Part shown: positions 1 to 11,197 of the stretch, one piece after another
Position numbering within the stretch: position 1 is the stretch's first letter
How the letters are laid out: every line of letters begins with the position of its first letter
Assembly: GCA_051294375.1 (NCBI GenBank)
Contig: CM119264.1
Location: forward strand, 4,365,392-4,429,391
DNA: 64,000 bases
Source: Paraspadella gotoi
Taxonomy: Eukaryota > Animalia > Chaetognatha
Reading direction: 5' to 3'
Made by a program: the position numbers and the translations under genes
The notes under the pieces: generated by a model
The model's input: only the letters and a program-made list of their open reading frames with translations
Databases searched by the model: none
What the model was told of the DNA's origin: nothing

Positions 1-120
1 TGATATGATGATGAGTGATGATGATGATGATGATGATCGATTGATGCATGATGATGATGATGATGATGATGATGCTAGAATGATGATGATGATGATTGAT
101 GACGATGATCGCAATGATGA
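1..120. repeat. Degenerate (GAT)n microsatellite
   Basis: Visible TGA/GAT trinucleotide array with scattered interruptions. Confidence 0.9.
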
Positions 121-1015
121 CCACAATGCGGATAAGTTGTGGCGGTGACTGGTGAGTGAAGGGACATGAAGACAATAATTGATTGGATACAATTAATTAT
201 GTTCAGTCAAAAGTGATTGATTGATTTAATTGGATGTAAATATATTTGATTATCACTCGTCAAAGGGCATTTATTTAACGTTCGTGACGATGTGGTAACT
301 CTGTCTGTTGACTTTAAAATGAGAATTATACTAAAGAAATTCAACTAAAAAATTCTGAAATTCTGGAATCTCAGAAAGCTTCGTTTGGGCAACTGACTGA
401 GAGAGAACCGTTTCACGTGATTGGCTGAAACCAGGGAAACGAGAGTAACGACTCCACAGAAATTATCTGGCGACTTAAACTGCAAGAAGATGGCGCAGTT
501 ATCGTTAAGGTGGCGGCCAGATGCCAAGAATAAACGACCCTTCTCTTAAATAAAGTCGCCCGACGCCAATGGAGCTGACGCCGCCGCCGCCGCAGCCGAC
601 GCCGCAGCCGCCGGCCCTAATTTAATCGCGCAACGAAATGATTTTTATCAGCGGCGGCCAAAGGAGGAAAAAGTCATTACATAGTGTTTAAAAACTGCGT
701 TAGGCGATTTAATGGACGGACGGAAGAACTCGATCTGGGCGGACGGACGGACGGACGGACGGACGGAAAGGCGGTGGAAGGGAGGAGGCGTGGAAAAAGA
801 GGGCGGGACTAATGTCCGGGAAAGTCATTGATGCAGACGAAGAGGGGGAGGAGGAAGGGTTAGGGGGGAGAGAGAGGGGGGGAGGGAGAAAGGGAGGGAG
901 AGATCGCTAATTGTTGATTTGATTCGAATCGCGAAAAGAGACGCCCTCGGGTCATTAACGGCGCCGGCGTCATCAGCGTGATGGCGCCCTTAGCGCCGGT
1001 TTTTTAACAGCTCCT

Positions 1016-1160
1016 CTTTTCTTTTTTTCTTTTCTTTTCTTCTTTTCTTTTCTTTTCTTTTCTTTTCTTTTCTTTTCTTTTCTTTTCTTTTCTTTTCTTT
1101 TCTTTTCTTTTCTTTTCTTTTCTTTTCTTTTCATTTTCTTTCTCTCTCTCTCTCTTTCTT
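1016..1160. repeat. (TTTTC)n pentanucleotide microsatellite followed by (TC)n
   Basis: Direct inspection. It generates the spurious KRKEK ORFs at 973-1186. Confidence 0.95.
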
Positions 1161-1270
1161 TCACTCTCTAGCTTTTTTTTTACCAACTTGTTTTTTGTTT
1201 GTTTTTTTTTTTCAAATTAATTATGTCACTTATTTAAAACCATTGCGAAGCTGCATAACTTTTTAATTAA

Positions 1271-1851
1271 TTTTTAGTTGCATCTGCTTATCAGCAGATT
1301 TCGACTCTATAATCCACTTTGTCGGTCCGTCACTCCCACCCCAAAAGGTTGTCGGGCACTCACATAAATCATGTCAGAAAATCGAAATATGATAAATTAA
1401 GCAAAAAAAGTTTGAATTAATTAGTTAACTAATTAATTCATTAAAGTGAAAAAATTATGCGAGTTAAAAAAATGGAGCGAGTTTAAAAAAATAATGCAAG
1501 TTAAAAAAATTATGCGAGTTGAAAAAATGATGCGAGTTGTAAAAATGATGCCAGTTTAAAAAATGATGCAAGTAGAAAATATGATGCCAGTGGAAAAAAA
1601 AATAGTTTCAAAAATTATTTGTACTTTATTTATAATTATTTCTACCATATTAACACTAACACCAACAGTTCAGTTTAATCCGTAGCTAGCGATTTACATG
1701 TATTGGCGCAGCCACTGGTTTGGTATGGTACGATCTGTAATGATCAATTAGGATCACAAAATGAAACTATTATCGTAATTTATAATATGATTAGCTAATT
1801 ACCTTTTAATTATCGTAGGCAGATCTGACATTGTTTGCTCAAACTAGTTTT
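1271..1851 (+). mobile_element. Helentron-associated non-autonomous element (HINE/DINE-1-like), family A copy 1
   Basis: 5' T-run followed by subTIR GTTGCATCTGC with an adjacent short inverted partner (AGCAGAT), then GTCGGTCCGTC. Internal ~19-20-bp tandem repeats (AAAAATGATGCGAGTT-like, ~1450-1600). 3' subTIR GCAGATCTGAC, GTTTG-CT-CAAAC hairpin and T-run. The same ends recur at 8074-8790. Confidence 0.7.
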
Positions 1852-2288
1852 CACTCATTCTTTCTTTTTTCTGACTCTCTTTCTTTCTCTTTTATTTCCT
1901 TTCTTTGACTTTACTTTATTTTACTTTACTTTACTTTCGTACTTTTTTTTTCTTTTCTATTATGTTTTCTTTTGTTTGCTATTTCGTTCGAGCGAAATTC
2001 TGCCGTCAAACATCTGGTTCCTATTCTAACCTCTTGTCCTTACAACAACAAAAAAGAATTTCTAAACAGAACCTAAAAGTAAAAATCCAAAGTTTAAAAA
2101 CTAAAATTCCATTCCATTGAAATACTGTAACTTACCAAAATATTTTTTAACGTTATTTTTGAACGTTTTATTGATGTTGCTTCCATTTTTTACGAAAAAA
2201 AATATATTTTAAAATATTTTTTTTCAGAAACTACCGTTTTGATTTCATCTAAACATTGTCACATAAGCGGCCCGAGCTTCGATCGACC

Positions 2289-5200
2289 ATGTTGCCAGTA
2301 TTATTGCTGATCAATTGCGTAATGTCCATCGTGGACGTTGGCACGGATTCCAATGTCGCCCTTAAATACTTGAGATCGACCGAACTCGAGATGGCGTCCG
2401 TGGGAAAAGCCTTGCTGACCGTCTTGCTTATGCACTGTGGAATCTCGGCCGCTTATGGACTTTGGTTCCTGCGTAGACACCGACGTCATTTCCCAAGGAT
2501 CTTTAGGAACTTGAAGACAAAATGGACAACGGGTAAAATAAAGGATGATAATGATAAAAAATGATTTCAGAGGTGGAGGAATTTAATAATTCAATAAAAA
2601 CTTGTTTAGGCTAAGTTTTCTGCTAGATTATTTTTTATCAATATTTTTTGTTAAATTTTCAAATTAATTAATTAATTACCTTTTTAAATGTTTTACATTA
2701 ATTTCATTTCTTTTACCAGTAATTCTACATCTGGTCGGGCTGGGATCGATACCGGTAGGCATCGATTGTTACCTTGACTTGGAGTTGTTTTCAAGATCGC
2801 CCCACAATAAAGTCAGTATTGATACCAAAAAATATTCTTTGTCCCATTTATGAAATTAGTACAAACAATATAAAAATTAATTTAATAAATTAGCTATTTT
2901 GCCCATGTCTTTGGACAGGCTTTGGTGGTTTAAGGCCCCCATCACTCTTACAAGATAATGACATAGCAGGTCTCTGCAAGCTTTCAATCAAGATTCTCTC
3001 ACAGTCTTGTTTATTCACTCCCACAGTAACTTGCTTCCCTATCAATGAAGTGGTATAATATTTCAAAGAATGTTTCAATTGTATGAAAAGACCACTCCTT
3101 TAAGTATTAGATCGGGGAATACAATATTGTACTCCGCCCAGCATCAAAATATATGTACATTAAGGTGTAGAGAAAGTTGCAGATCAAAATTCGAAGAGCT
3201 AATCATGAAGTCTTGTACTAAAGATCATTGATATATAAAGAATTTTTTTTTAAATTTCTCAATTTTTGCATACGCCCATATTTATACATAGTACTTACTA
3301 TAGAAAATGTTAAAATTTTAAAATAATGTTTTCTTAGTTTTGAAAGCAGATTCGAATTTCTCATAAAAAGTTGATAAAAGAAAATATAAGCCTTAATAAA
3401 AAAATTTTTTAAAAAACTATATTTTTTATACAAAAATTTAATTATAGGTTAATAATAATAGTTTTTTAGGATTTTGATCCACTTAATGAAATAATTTTCT
3501 AAAAAGAGTTATATTTCCTTTTTATTAACTTTTCGTGAGGAATTCGAATCTGCTTTTAAAAATAAGAAAAAATCATTTTAAAATTTTGACATTTTTTCTG
3601 GTGAGTACTATGTATAAAATATGGGCGTATGCGAAAATTGAAAAATAAAAATGATCTACTATTCGAATTTTGATTCTACTTGATTTTAATATTTTTGCTA
3701 CGCTTTAATGTACATATATGTTATTATAAAACATATATTTATATAGAATATAAAAATATTTAATAAAAACTACATATATGTCATATATATACATACTTAT
3801 ATTTATATATATTTTTAAGTACTACTTTCTAAAATTACAAAATTTTTGTATCAATAGTTGACCTTTGAAATGAAAACAACGTTGGACACGAATCTGAATT
3901 ATCTTCATGTCTTCTTTGAAGCCTTTCCTCAACTTTTAATGACAACTGCAGCCTCCATCTTGCAATGGACAAGTGGCACGGATGAAATCTGTTTGGATTT
4001 GCACTATTTAGGTTTTTAATTTTTTTTATAGGATAGGATATTATGGGATTCTTGGAGTTTATTTGATTAGGATACTAAATATGCAGTATTATGCACCTAT
4101 ATTGCTATATTTGCAGAACAGAATGTGGAACATGATTTCTACGTTTACAAAAAAATGAATAATTCGAATATTTTCGTAAATACAAATATTTCCTGTTCAT
4201 GTTATAGTGAAGATCATTGGGAAAGTCGCAGGTATTTAACCGAAAACAATGTTAAAAATATTGTCAAAAATTTAGAAGTCTTTTAAAAATAAGAGTCGAA
4301 ACATTGAAGACGGGCATTGCAAAACTTTGTTTTCTATAAATTCTACACGCAACGAAAAGAAGGTCGAAACCCAAAGAAAACATTTAAAAATTATTCCTCA
4401 TATAAATTGACAAAACACATCAAATAAATAAGAACGGCGGTAAAATTTTCACGGTTACGCAAAAATATCATAAAACGATATGCCATGAAAAAAATTTGTT
4501 TTCGATTGTGGAAAAGATGACATGTCTTTTTATATTTTTTTGTAACTTTTGTTTGTTACTAATTACTATATTTAATGACTAAAAGAAAACAACTCTTGCA
4601 GAACCGAGCGACGCTTTTGCAATTGGCGGATCGAATATTCCATGATCGGCAACATTGTTTCAATCGTCGCCTCGACGCTCAGCTTGGCTAAATTCGCCGC
4701 AATTAACCGAACCGAATTCATTTCCAACGAAGATCCATGGAATTATATTCAGTACATTTCTAAGGCCTTTGTGCTTATAATTTTTAATTTTCTGGGCGTT
4801 GCCCAAGGGGTCTACGGAATGTCACTCTGCTTATACCTTATATATGTCTACAGTTTGTTGAACTGCTTGTCGCTTGTATTCATCACCCCAAGCGCCCTGC
4901 TACGACTCTTCAGCTTTAGTGATATAAGGAGACTTCTTCAAAAAATCACGAAAAAAACTCCCAACCATAATTTTTCGATCGACAACGAAATGTTTTTCTT
5001 GATCATCACGGTGCTTTGGAATGTTTGGATTTTTTCATTTTTTTGCCTTTTGCAAAAAAACGTTATTCTGAGCAGACTCAACAATCCCTTAATAAGAGAA
5101 GATAAAGGTTTGATTCAATTATTAAACTTATTTAATATCCTTTGCTCTGAAAGGGAGAGACGAAGTATAACTTAAACTGGTTCGAACGAAATTAAATAAA

Positions 5201-7043
5201 AAATTAGGTCAAATGATAAGCGTTCCTTTTTCACTACTGAAGTTGATTAAATTTATAAAGCTGTGAAATAAGTAGGGAATATTTAAAGGGATTCTCAAAT
5301 AAGAAATCGGGTCTCTTTTCCAAATGCGCCTCATTAACTTCACTTCAGCTCATATTATGCATTATAGTCATCGTTAATTGCAGTGATTTTTTTTTCGTAT
5401 CAATTAGAGGGTTTATTCTATGAACGAGGAAATCAAATCGGACATCTCTCTTTTTAATATGGTCAAATTAAAGTTAAATTCATAAAAGTAAAGATTATTT
5501 TTATAAAATAAAAATCAAAGAATTCAATGGGTAGAGAGATATTTATAAATTTCACCTTTCCATTAATGCTCAAATGATTTATTTTTAAGTATGTTTAACA
5601 GACTTAGTAGTAAACTGACCAAAGAGCAAATTATTGTGCTGAGTTTTCTTTCTTTTTTTTACAGAAGACAATTACATTCCTTGGGGTCTGGCCAATCTGT
5701 ATACTAATCAAACTCCGCAAGTTACAAAATACCTGGATATAGATAGTGATGGCTACATGAAATATAAAAAATTTATTGTTGAAGGAAAGGTCTTTGGTAA
5801 AACAAAATGGTCTTCTTTCACTTATTTAAACCAAAAGCACATTGTTAAAACCTTAGGTGAAGGTTCTGGCTTGCGCAGTTATCAAAGTATAAAACTGGGC
5901 AACTACAAAATTCTGAATCCTGGATTTGACATAAAGCTACTCCTGGTTTTTCTAGATATTTTTCTTGGTTTTTGCTACATCCTTGTATTTGGAATTATGA
6001 AAAAGGCTTTGATAAATTTAATGAAATCTTTGATACCAATGATAATTACCGCTATAATAATCTATTTGAATATTTTCTTTTTCGTTGTTCACATTAATGT
6101 TAATTTTTTAGCCAATTTTGACATGTCCAATAAATACCTACCGTTTTTACTGATGAAAAATGACAGGCGTATACTTTTAACCTCTGCTGAATGGAGTTAT
6201 AAGCAATATCATTCTTTAATGACCCTTACAAAATTTTCAAACCTTTTAGCAAATTACTGGATCGCTGCAGCAACAACTGCATTTATAATAATTTTGCAGA
6301 CTGTAGCCACAAAAAAGTATAACCGAATATTCTTAGTTTTTATGGGGGCTATATCTATTTCTCTTCCGGTTGCAACGATTTCTTGGTGGAATTGGTTGGA
6401 CCAAACCGCTTTTGATGGCTTTGAAGACATTTGCTCGAAATCACATGTTCAGTTCAGTTCAGATTTCAGTTTGATTACAGTATATAGGCCTTTATTTACC
6501 AGATTGATGACATATGTATTTTTCAAGGAAAACTTTTACTTTTTCACTTTGCTTTCATTTCTGCCGATGCTAAAATTTGTGTTTATTGCTTTAACATCTC
6601 TGTCTTCGCGCACGAAGATAAAAGTTGCCAAGTTCATGGCAGGATTCTTGATCGCTTTCATTGTAATTCCTCTTTATTTCTACACTCTAAAAGACGAACA
6701 AACCAAATTGACGCTGAGCCTCATTACAGAAAATGTTCATCTGCAAAAGCATTTGTTATTTTTTAACCGAATGGATTACGTATTTATCGCCTATAACAGA
6801 GGATGTGAACATTTGGCCCCATCTTTCACGTCGATTATATCATTTTTCGCCATTTTATCGGATTGTTATGGATTTAATTTATACAATATGACCAACGAGC
6901 GTATGGAGGCAATATGGAATAACTTTGAAGAAGTCAAGGATGCGACGAAATTGGGAATCAATCTTCTATTTTCAAGCAACTCGGGACTCTGGCATTTCCT
7001 CTTGTTAATATTTCCAGCCGCTTGGATGCTGCTTAATTTTTAA
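2289..7043 (+). CDS. XK-related (Xkr/CED-8 family, scramblase-like) multi-pass membrane protein, 829 aa, 6 coding exons
   Basis: Hand-built exons 2289-2532, 2720-2811, 3858-4011, 4117-4231, 4602-5107 and 5665-7043 (2490 nt). All introns are GT-AG with consistent phases (1,0,1,2,1) and there are no internal stops. The start is ACCATG, with an in-frame upstream TAA at 2250 and an acceptor at 2227 (UTR exon). XK motifs: TM1 DVGTD..ALKY (cf. Xkr8 DLGTD), ILHLVGLG, FFEAFPQLL (cf. E(S/T)APQL) and SIVASTLSLA. Confidence 0.85.
3164..3704. mobile_element. MITE with long imperfect terminal inverted repeats, TTAA-flanked (Kolobok/piggyBac-like), in intron 2 of the Xkr gene
   Basis: Arms ~3164-3395 and ~3505-3704 are reverse complements, e.g. 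GCATACGCCCATATTT / AAATATGGGCGTATGC and AAAGCAGATTCGAATT / AATTCGAATCTGCTTT. TTAA lies at 3160-3163 and 3705-3708. Confidence 0.7.
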
Positions 7044-7518
7044 GAAAAAACTATGTAAACATATCTAAAAAAATTTAATTAAATTTGAACTGAGTGTTAA
7101 ATAGTATATAAATATTTAATTAATTTTCGAAATTGATATTCGCATTTATAAAAATTTATATAGAATAACAATAACGTCAATAGCTTTAATTCTTAAACTT
7201 GTCCTTTGTTCTATGCTTTCATTGGTTATTATCTAATTCTCGATTCTGATTGTACGAGGCCTTTCTGATCAAATTATTGGTAGTATTCTCAAAAGTTTGC
7301 TCTGCTCTGATTATTTTATCATTAAAATGACGTCATTTGGTATTAATTAGGTTAGAGCTAAGTGCTCAAACAATATTTTTAATACAATCTCCCACACTGA
7401 GTTTATAATAGTTTAATTCACAAGGATTAAATTTACAGTTCTGAATATGTTTATCTAGTTTTTATGCATATCTCGTAAGAAAAAAAAAGGGCAATTTTTT
7501 TCCTCAAATCTATCTGTA

Positions 7519-7800
7519 GTCGGGCATTGCCTAGGTTCACCCCGCCCAGAAGCATGACACTTTCAGTTGTGACCCGGTGTAAAGCCATCAGCTCATGACC
7601 ACTAGGTACCGGTTTCAATCCCAACCCGGTACTTACCCTGCGGGAAGCGCGAAGACGGCCGAAAGCCGCCTTGGGGGCATGGCAAACCTCCAAGCCTGGT
7701 TCCAAGCCCTTGGACCCGTTCCATAGCTGCGAGAGGGGGTTATAGAAGTTACGGACAGTCATCTTCAGCCCACGTAGAGCCTTATCCACATATCTGGTAA
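7519..7800 (+). mobile_element. GC-rich island resembling the 5'UTR of an RTE-clade non-LTR retrotransposon (fragment)
   Basis: The motif order CCCGCCCAGAAGC..CCGGTGTAAAGC..CAGCTCATG..CACTAGGTACCGGTTTCAA..TTACCCTGCG..GGCAAACC..CCTGGTTCCAAGCCC matches my recollection of RTE 5' ends. Not database-verified. Confidence 0.4.
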
Positions 7801-7825
7801 AAACAGTTTTTTTAATATTCTTACT

Positions 7826-8024
7826 AGAGACAGTTTGAGTTTAGTTTTGACAACAATTTTATTTTTATTGTAAAACAGACATGTTTCGGCTTCATTAACG
7901 CTGATGAAGGCTTGAAATGAAGCCGAAACATGTCTGTTTTACAATAAAAATAAAATCGTTGTCCAAACTAAACTCAAACTGTCTCTAATCGTCCCAAACA
8001 ACAAAAAGAAATGATTTATGTCAC
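7826..8024 (+). mobile_element. Short Penelope-like retroelement insertion (inverted pLTR fragment) with 12-bp target-site duplication
   Basis: AATATTCTTACT is duplicated at 7814-7825 and 8025-8036. Near-perfect ~72-bp inverted repeat at 7825-7896 / 7916-7987. Contains a minimal hammerhead core. Confidence 0.75.
7897..7938 (+). ncRNA. Minimal type I hammerhead ribozyme (Penelope-associated type)
   Basis: Stem I AACG/TGTT. Core CTGATGA (7901-7907) plus one extra A. Stem II GGCTT-gaaatg-AAGCC. GAAA at 7925-7928. Palindromic stem III ACATGT. GTC cleavage triplet, predicted cut after 7934. Confidence 0.75.
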
Positions 8025-8073
8025 AATATTCTTACTGAAATTAAGATTAAACTATGACGAAAAAATCCAAAGA

Positions 8074-9259
8074 TTTTTAGTTGGATCTGCTTCTAGCAGA
8101 TTCCGACTCTTTAATTCACTTTGTCGGTCCGTCTGTCCAACCCCACAATCTTGTCAGTTATTCACTTAAATCATGTCAGAACATCAAATTATGATAAATT
8201 ATGGAAAAAAATGTTCGTCCATCCGTCAAAACCAAAGTCTGTCCGTCCCCCCTTAGCAAAAAACTCCAATAACTCGTGATTGGATTGATGGATTGAAATG
8301 AAATTTTGTGTGTGGGTAGGAAAGTGTGTGATAAAGATGGATCTAAAGTTTCGATGGAAATGAGTTTAAATAGAAAAAACATAAATCACATTTACTTAAA
8401 TATTTTTTCTAATTTGAACCCAAAATTACTCTAATTAATTATAATTGGATGTATAGATTGAGAAAAAATTTCGTGTGTTGGTAGGTTTTAAAGTTTAGAT
8501 GGTATCGTGCGATTGGAAACGAGTGGTCATGGAAAAAATAAGTCAAATTAACTTAATTTTTTTTTTTATTTATGCATCCTCATAATTTATTAATTAATTA
8601 TAGTGAAAAAGAGATGCAAGTTAAAAAAATAATAATAATTAAAAAATTATTTGTTTTTATTACTGGTTTGGTATGGTACGATCTGTTATGATCAGTTAGG
8701 ATCACAAATTGAAAGAATTGTCGTCATTTATCATCTGATAAGCTGATAACCGTAGGCAGATCCAACATTGTTTGCTCAAACTTGTATTTTGTATGTGGGT
8801 AGGAAAGTGAGCGATTTAGTTAGATATAAGGTTTCGGTGTAATCTTGCAAGCGGAAATAAAAAAAAAGTTATATTCATTCACTTGAAGTATTTTTAAGTT
8901 TTTTTCTCTATCTCTCTCTCTTGCTCTTTCTCTTGCTCTTTCTCTCTCTCTTGCTCTCTCTCAAAAAATTATATACTCGAAAAAAATTATACAAGTTGAA
9001 TAAATTATTCGGGTAAGAAAAAGATGCATGTTGAAAAAATTATGCAAGTCTAAAAAAATAATACTAGTTGAAAAAATTATTTGTGCCATAGTAACAGTTG
9101 CAAGCGATTTATATATATTGACGCTGCCACTGGTTTGGTATGGTATGATAGGACATGGTAGGATCACAAATTGAAATAATTATCGTGATTTATCATCTGA
9201 TTACCTGATTACCGCTTAATTATCGTAGGCAGATCCGATATTGTTTGCTCAAACTTTTT
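8074..9259 (+). mobile_element. HINE/DINE-1-like element, family A copy 2, with a duplicated 3' part
   Basis: 5' TTTTTAGTTGGATCTGC. Exact inverted subTIR GCAGATCCAAC at ~8756 followed by the GTTTGCTCAAAC hairpin. A second 3' end occurs at ~9225-9259. Homologous to 1271-1851. Confidence 0.7.
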
Positions 9260-9271
9260 AAGAATAGTAAT

Positions 9272-9341
<70 letters not shown>

Positions 9342-9696
9342 ATCTCTCTCTCCTTTTCTCCCTTTCCCTTCTTTTTAGCAGGCGAGCTCGCTCAGCCTCG
9401 GCATCTCTAATAGATTTTGCGGAGTTAAACTATTTTGAGATTCGTCCCGTGGTACTATTAACATAATAATCATTGTCGCTCTCTCTCTCTCTCTTTCTCT
9501 CTCTCCCTCTCTCCCCGCTCGTGACCTTGACAGAGAGCACAAAATAACGCTCTCCGATTGGTCTCTCACGTCCGAACCAGTCCGTGCACCCGTCCGTCGG
9601 TCCGTTCCTCCGTTTGTCGGTCAGTCCGGATTAGGGAATGAGTGGCGCAGTCAGCTTTGGTCGTCTCCGTCGAACTTTTTTCTCCTGCCGCTGCCT

Positions 9697-9734
<38 letters not shown>

Positions 9735-9949
9735 TCCGCCGAAGACCACCGAATCCCATCCCGAAAAAAAAAAGAGAACGACTGAAGAGGCCCATGAAAA
9801 AATCTTTTATCCTTTGACAACAAAAAATGAAAAAGGAGGGAAACATCTCCCGAATTCATCCTTTGCGCTTTTGTTGACAGGAATTTCTCCGGTTGCCACT
9901 AGAGGCCGCGTTGTAGAAGAGGGAAACAGCGGGAGAGAGAGAGAAGAGA

Positions 9950-10013
<64 letters not shown>

Positions 10014-10699
10014 AACGCTCGGAATCCCAAAAATCCGAAGGAGATTTATTTTTTTCAGTTAATAGAATTTTTTATGTGGAGTTTTATATGTGCGCAGTAA
10101 GTATAAGTTAAAAAAATATGCGGGATTTTTGAAAGATTTTCGAGGAAATTTGAGAGGGAAAAAATCTCATCGGTCACGTTTTTGAAAAATAGAGGAAAGG
10201 AAAGAAGGAAAGTAAAAGGAAAGAAGAAAGAAAAGAGAAAGATTTAAAGGTCGAGAGGGAAAGTTAATGAGAAGAAATTTGGAGGAAAGGAAAGAAGAAA
10301 AAAAGAGAAGAAAAAGATTTCAAGGTATAGAAAAGAAAAATTAACGAGAAGAAATTTGGAGAAAAGGAAAGAAAGAAAAGAAAGGAAAGATGATGAAGAG
10401 GTGGAAAAAGTAGGAGGAAGAGGAGCTGATAAAGAAGAGGACGAAATCAGTGGATCAAGAAAAACGTACAGAAGGACAGACGAATAAAAATAGGAAAAAA
10501 ATACACGAGAAAAAAACAAAAAACCAAAAACAAAAAAAGTAAAAAGGAATTAAATGTTTCAGATTTAGGGGACGAAATGAATTAGAAATTGTTTAAAAAA
10601 GTGCATACTTAAGGTTGCTAAAAAATAAAAAGCAATATAAATTAATTAAAAGTAATAAAAAGGCATTGAATTAGTACTAGTGTTTCTCACAAGAAAATA

Positions 10700-11086
10700 G
10701 AAAAACAAGAACGGTGATTCCAATGTGTTGCGCCGCAGTGACTTTATTTTCACATGTATTTCTCTTTGATCATATGATATAACATAATATGATATAACAT
10801 GACATGACTAAAAAATCGTCTTAGCCCTTGTATTTATGACATGCACTGCATCGAAATTCTGTCTTTTATTCCCTATAGTTTTAGAAATTCCAGAATGCGG
10901 CGCTAGCAGTCACTTAGATTTGAGGTCTTTTTTTCCTGTGTTAACAAATGAGCAACCAACTATAGGTGAATCATAAGCATTGTTTTACGCAAGTGAGACA
11001 GACCGACGGACAGACATACCCACCGACAGACCGACCGAAAAGTGACTTATAGAGTTGCTCCGCTAGTACTCGCGGCGCAACTAAAA
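10700..11086 (-). mobile_element. HINE/DINE-1-like element, family B
   Basis: The minus strand begins TTTTAGTTGCGCCGC..GCGGAGCAACTCTATAAGTCAC, followed by a (CGGT/CTGT)-type microsatellite. The inverted subTIR GTTGCGCCGC lies at 10727-10736 and the element ends CTTGTTTTT. Confidence 0.6.
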
Positions 11087-11165
11087 TCCATTCAACGACC
11101 TAAACATCTTCTCTCTTCCAAAATAGGAAGCAAAGAAAACCACGGTGTCAGCGGCAGGCTTTTCT

Positions 11166-11197
<32 letters not shown>

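Noticed and set aside
2890-3078. 62-aa antisense ORF in Xkr intron 2
   Set aside because: Non-ATG start, no recognisable motif and no splice support. Possibly TE debris.
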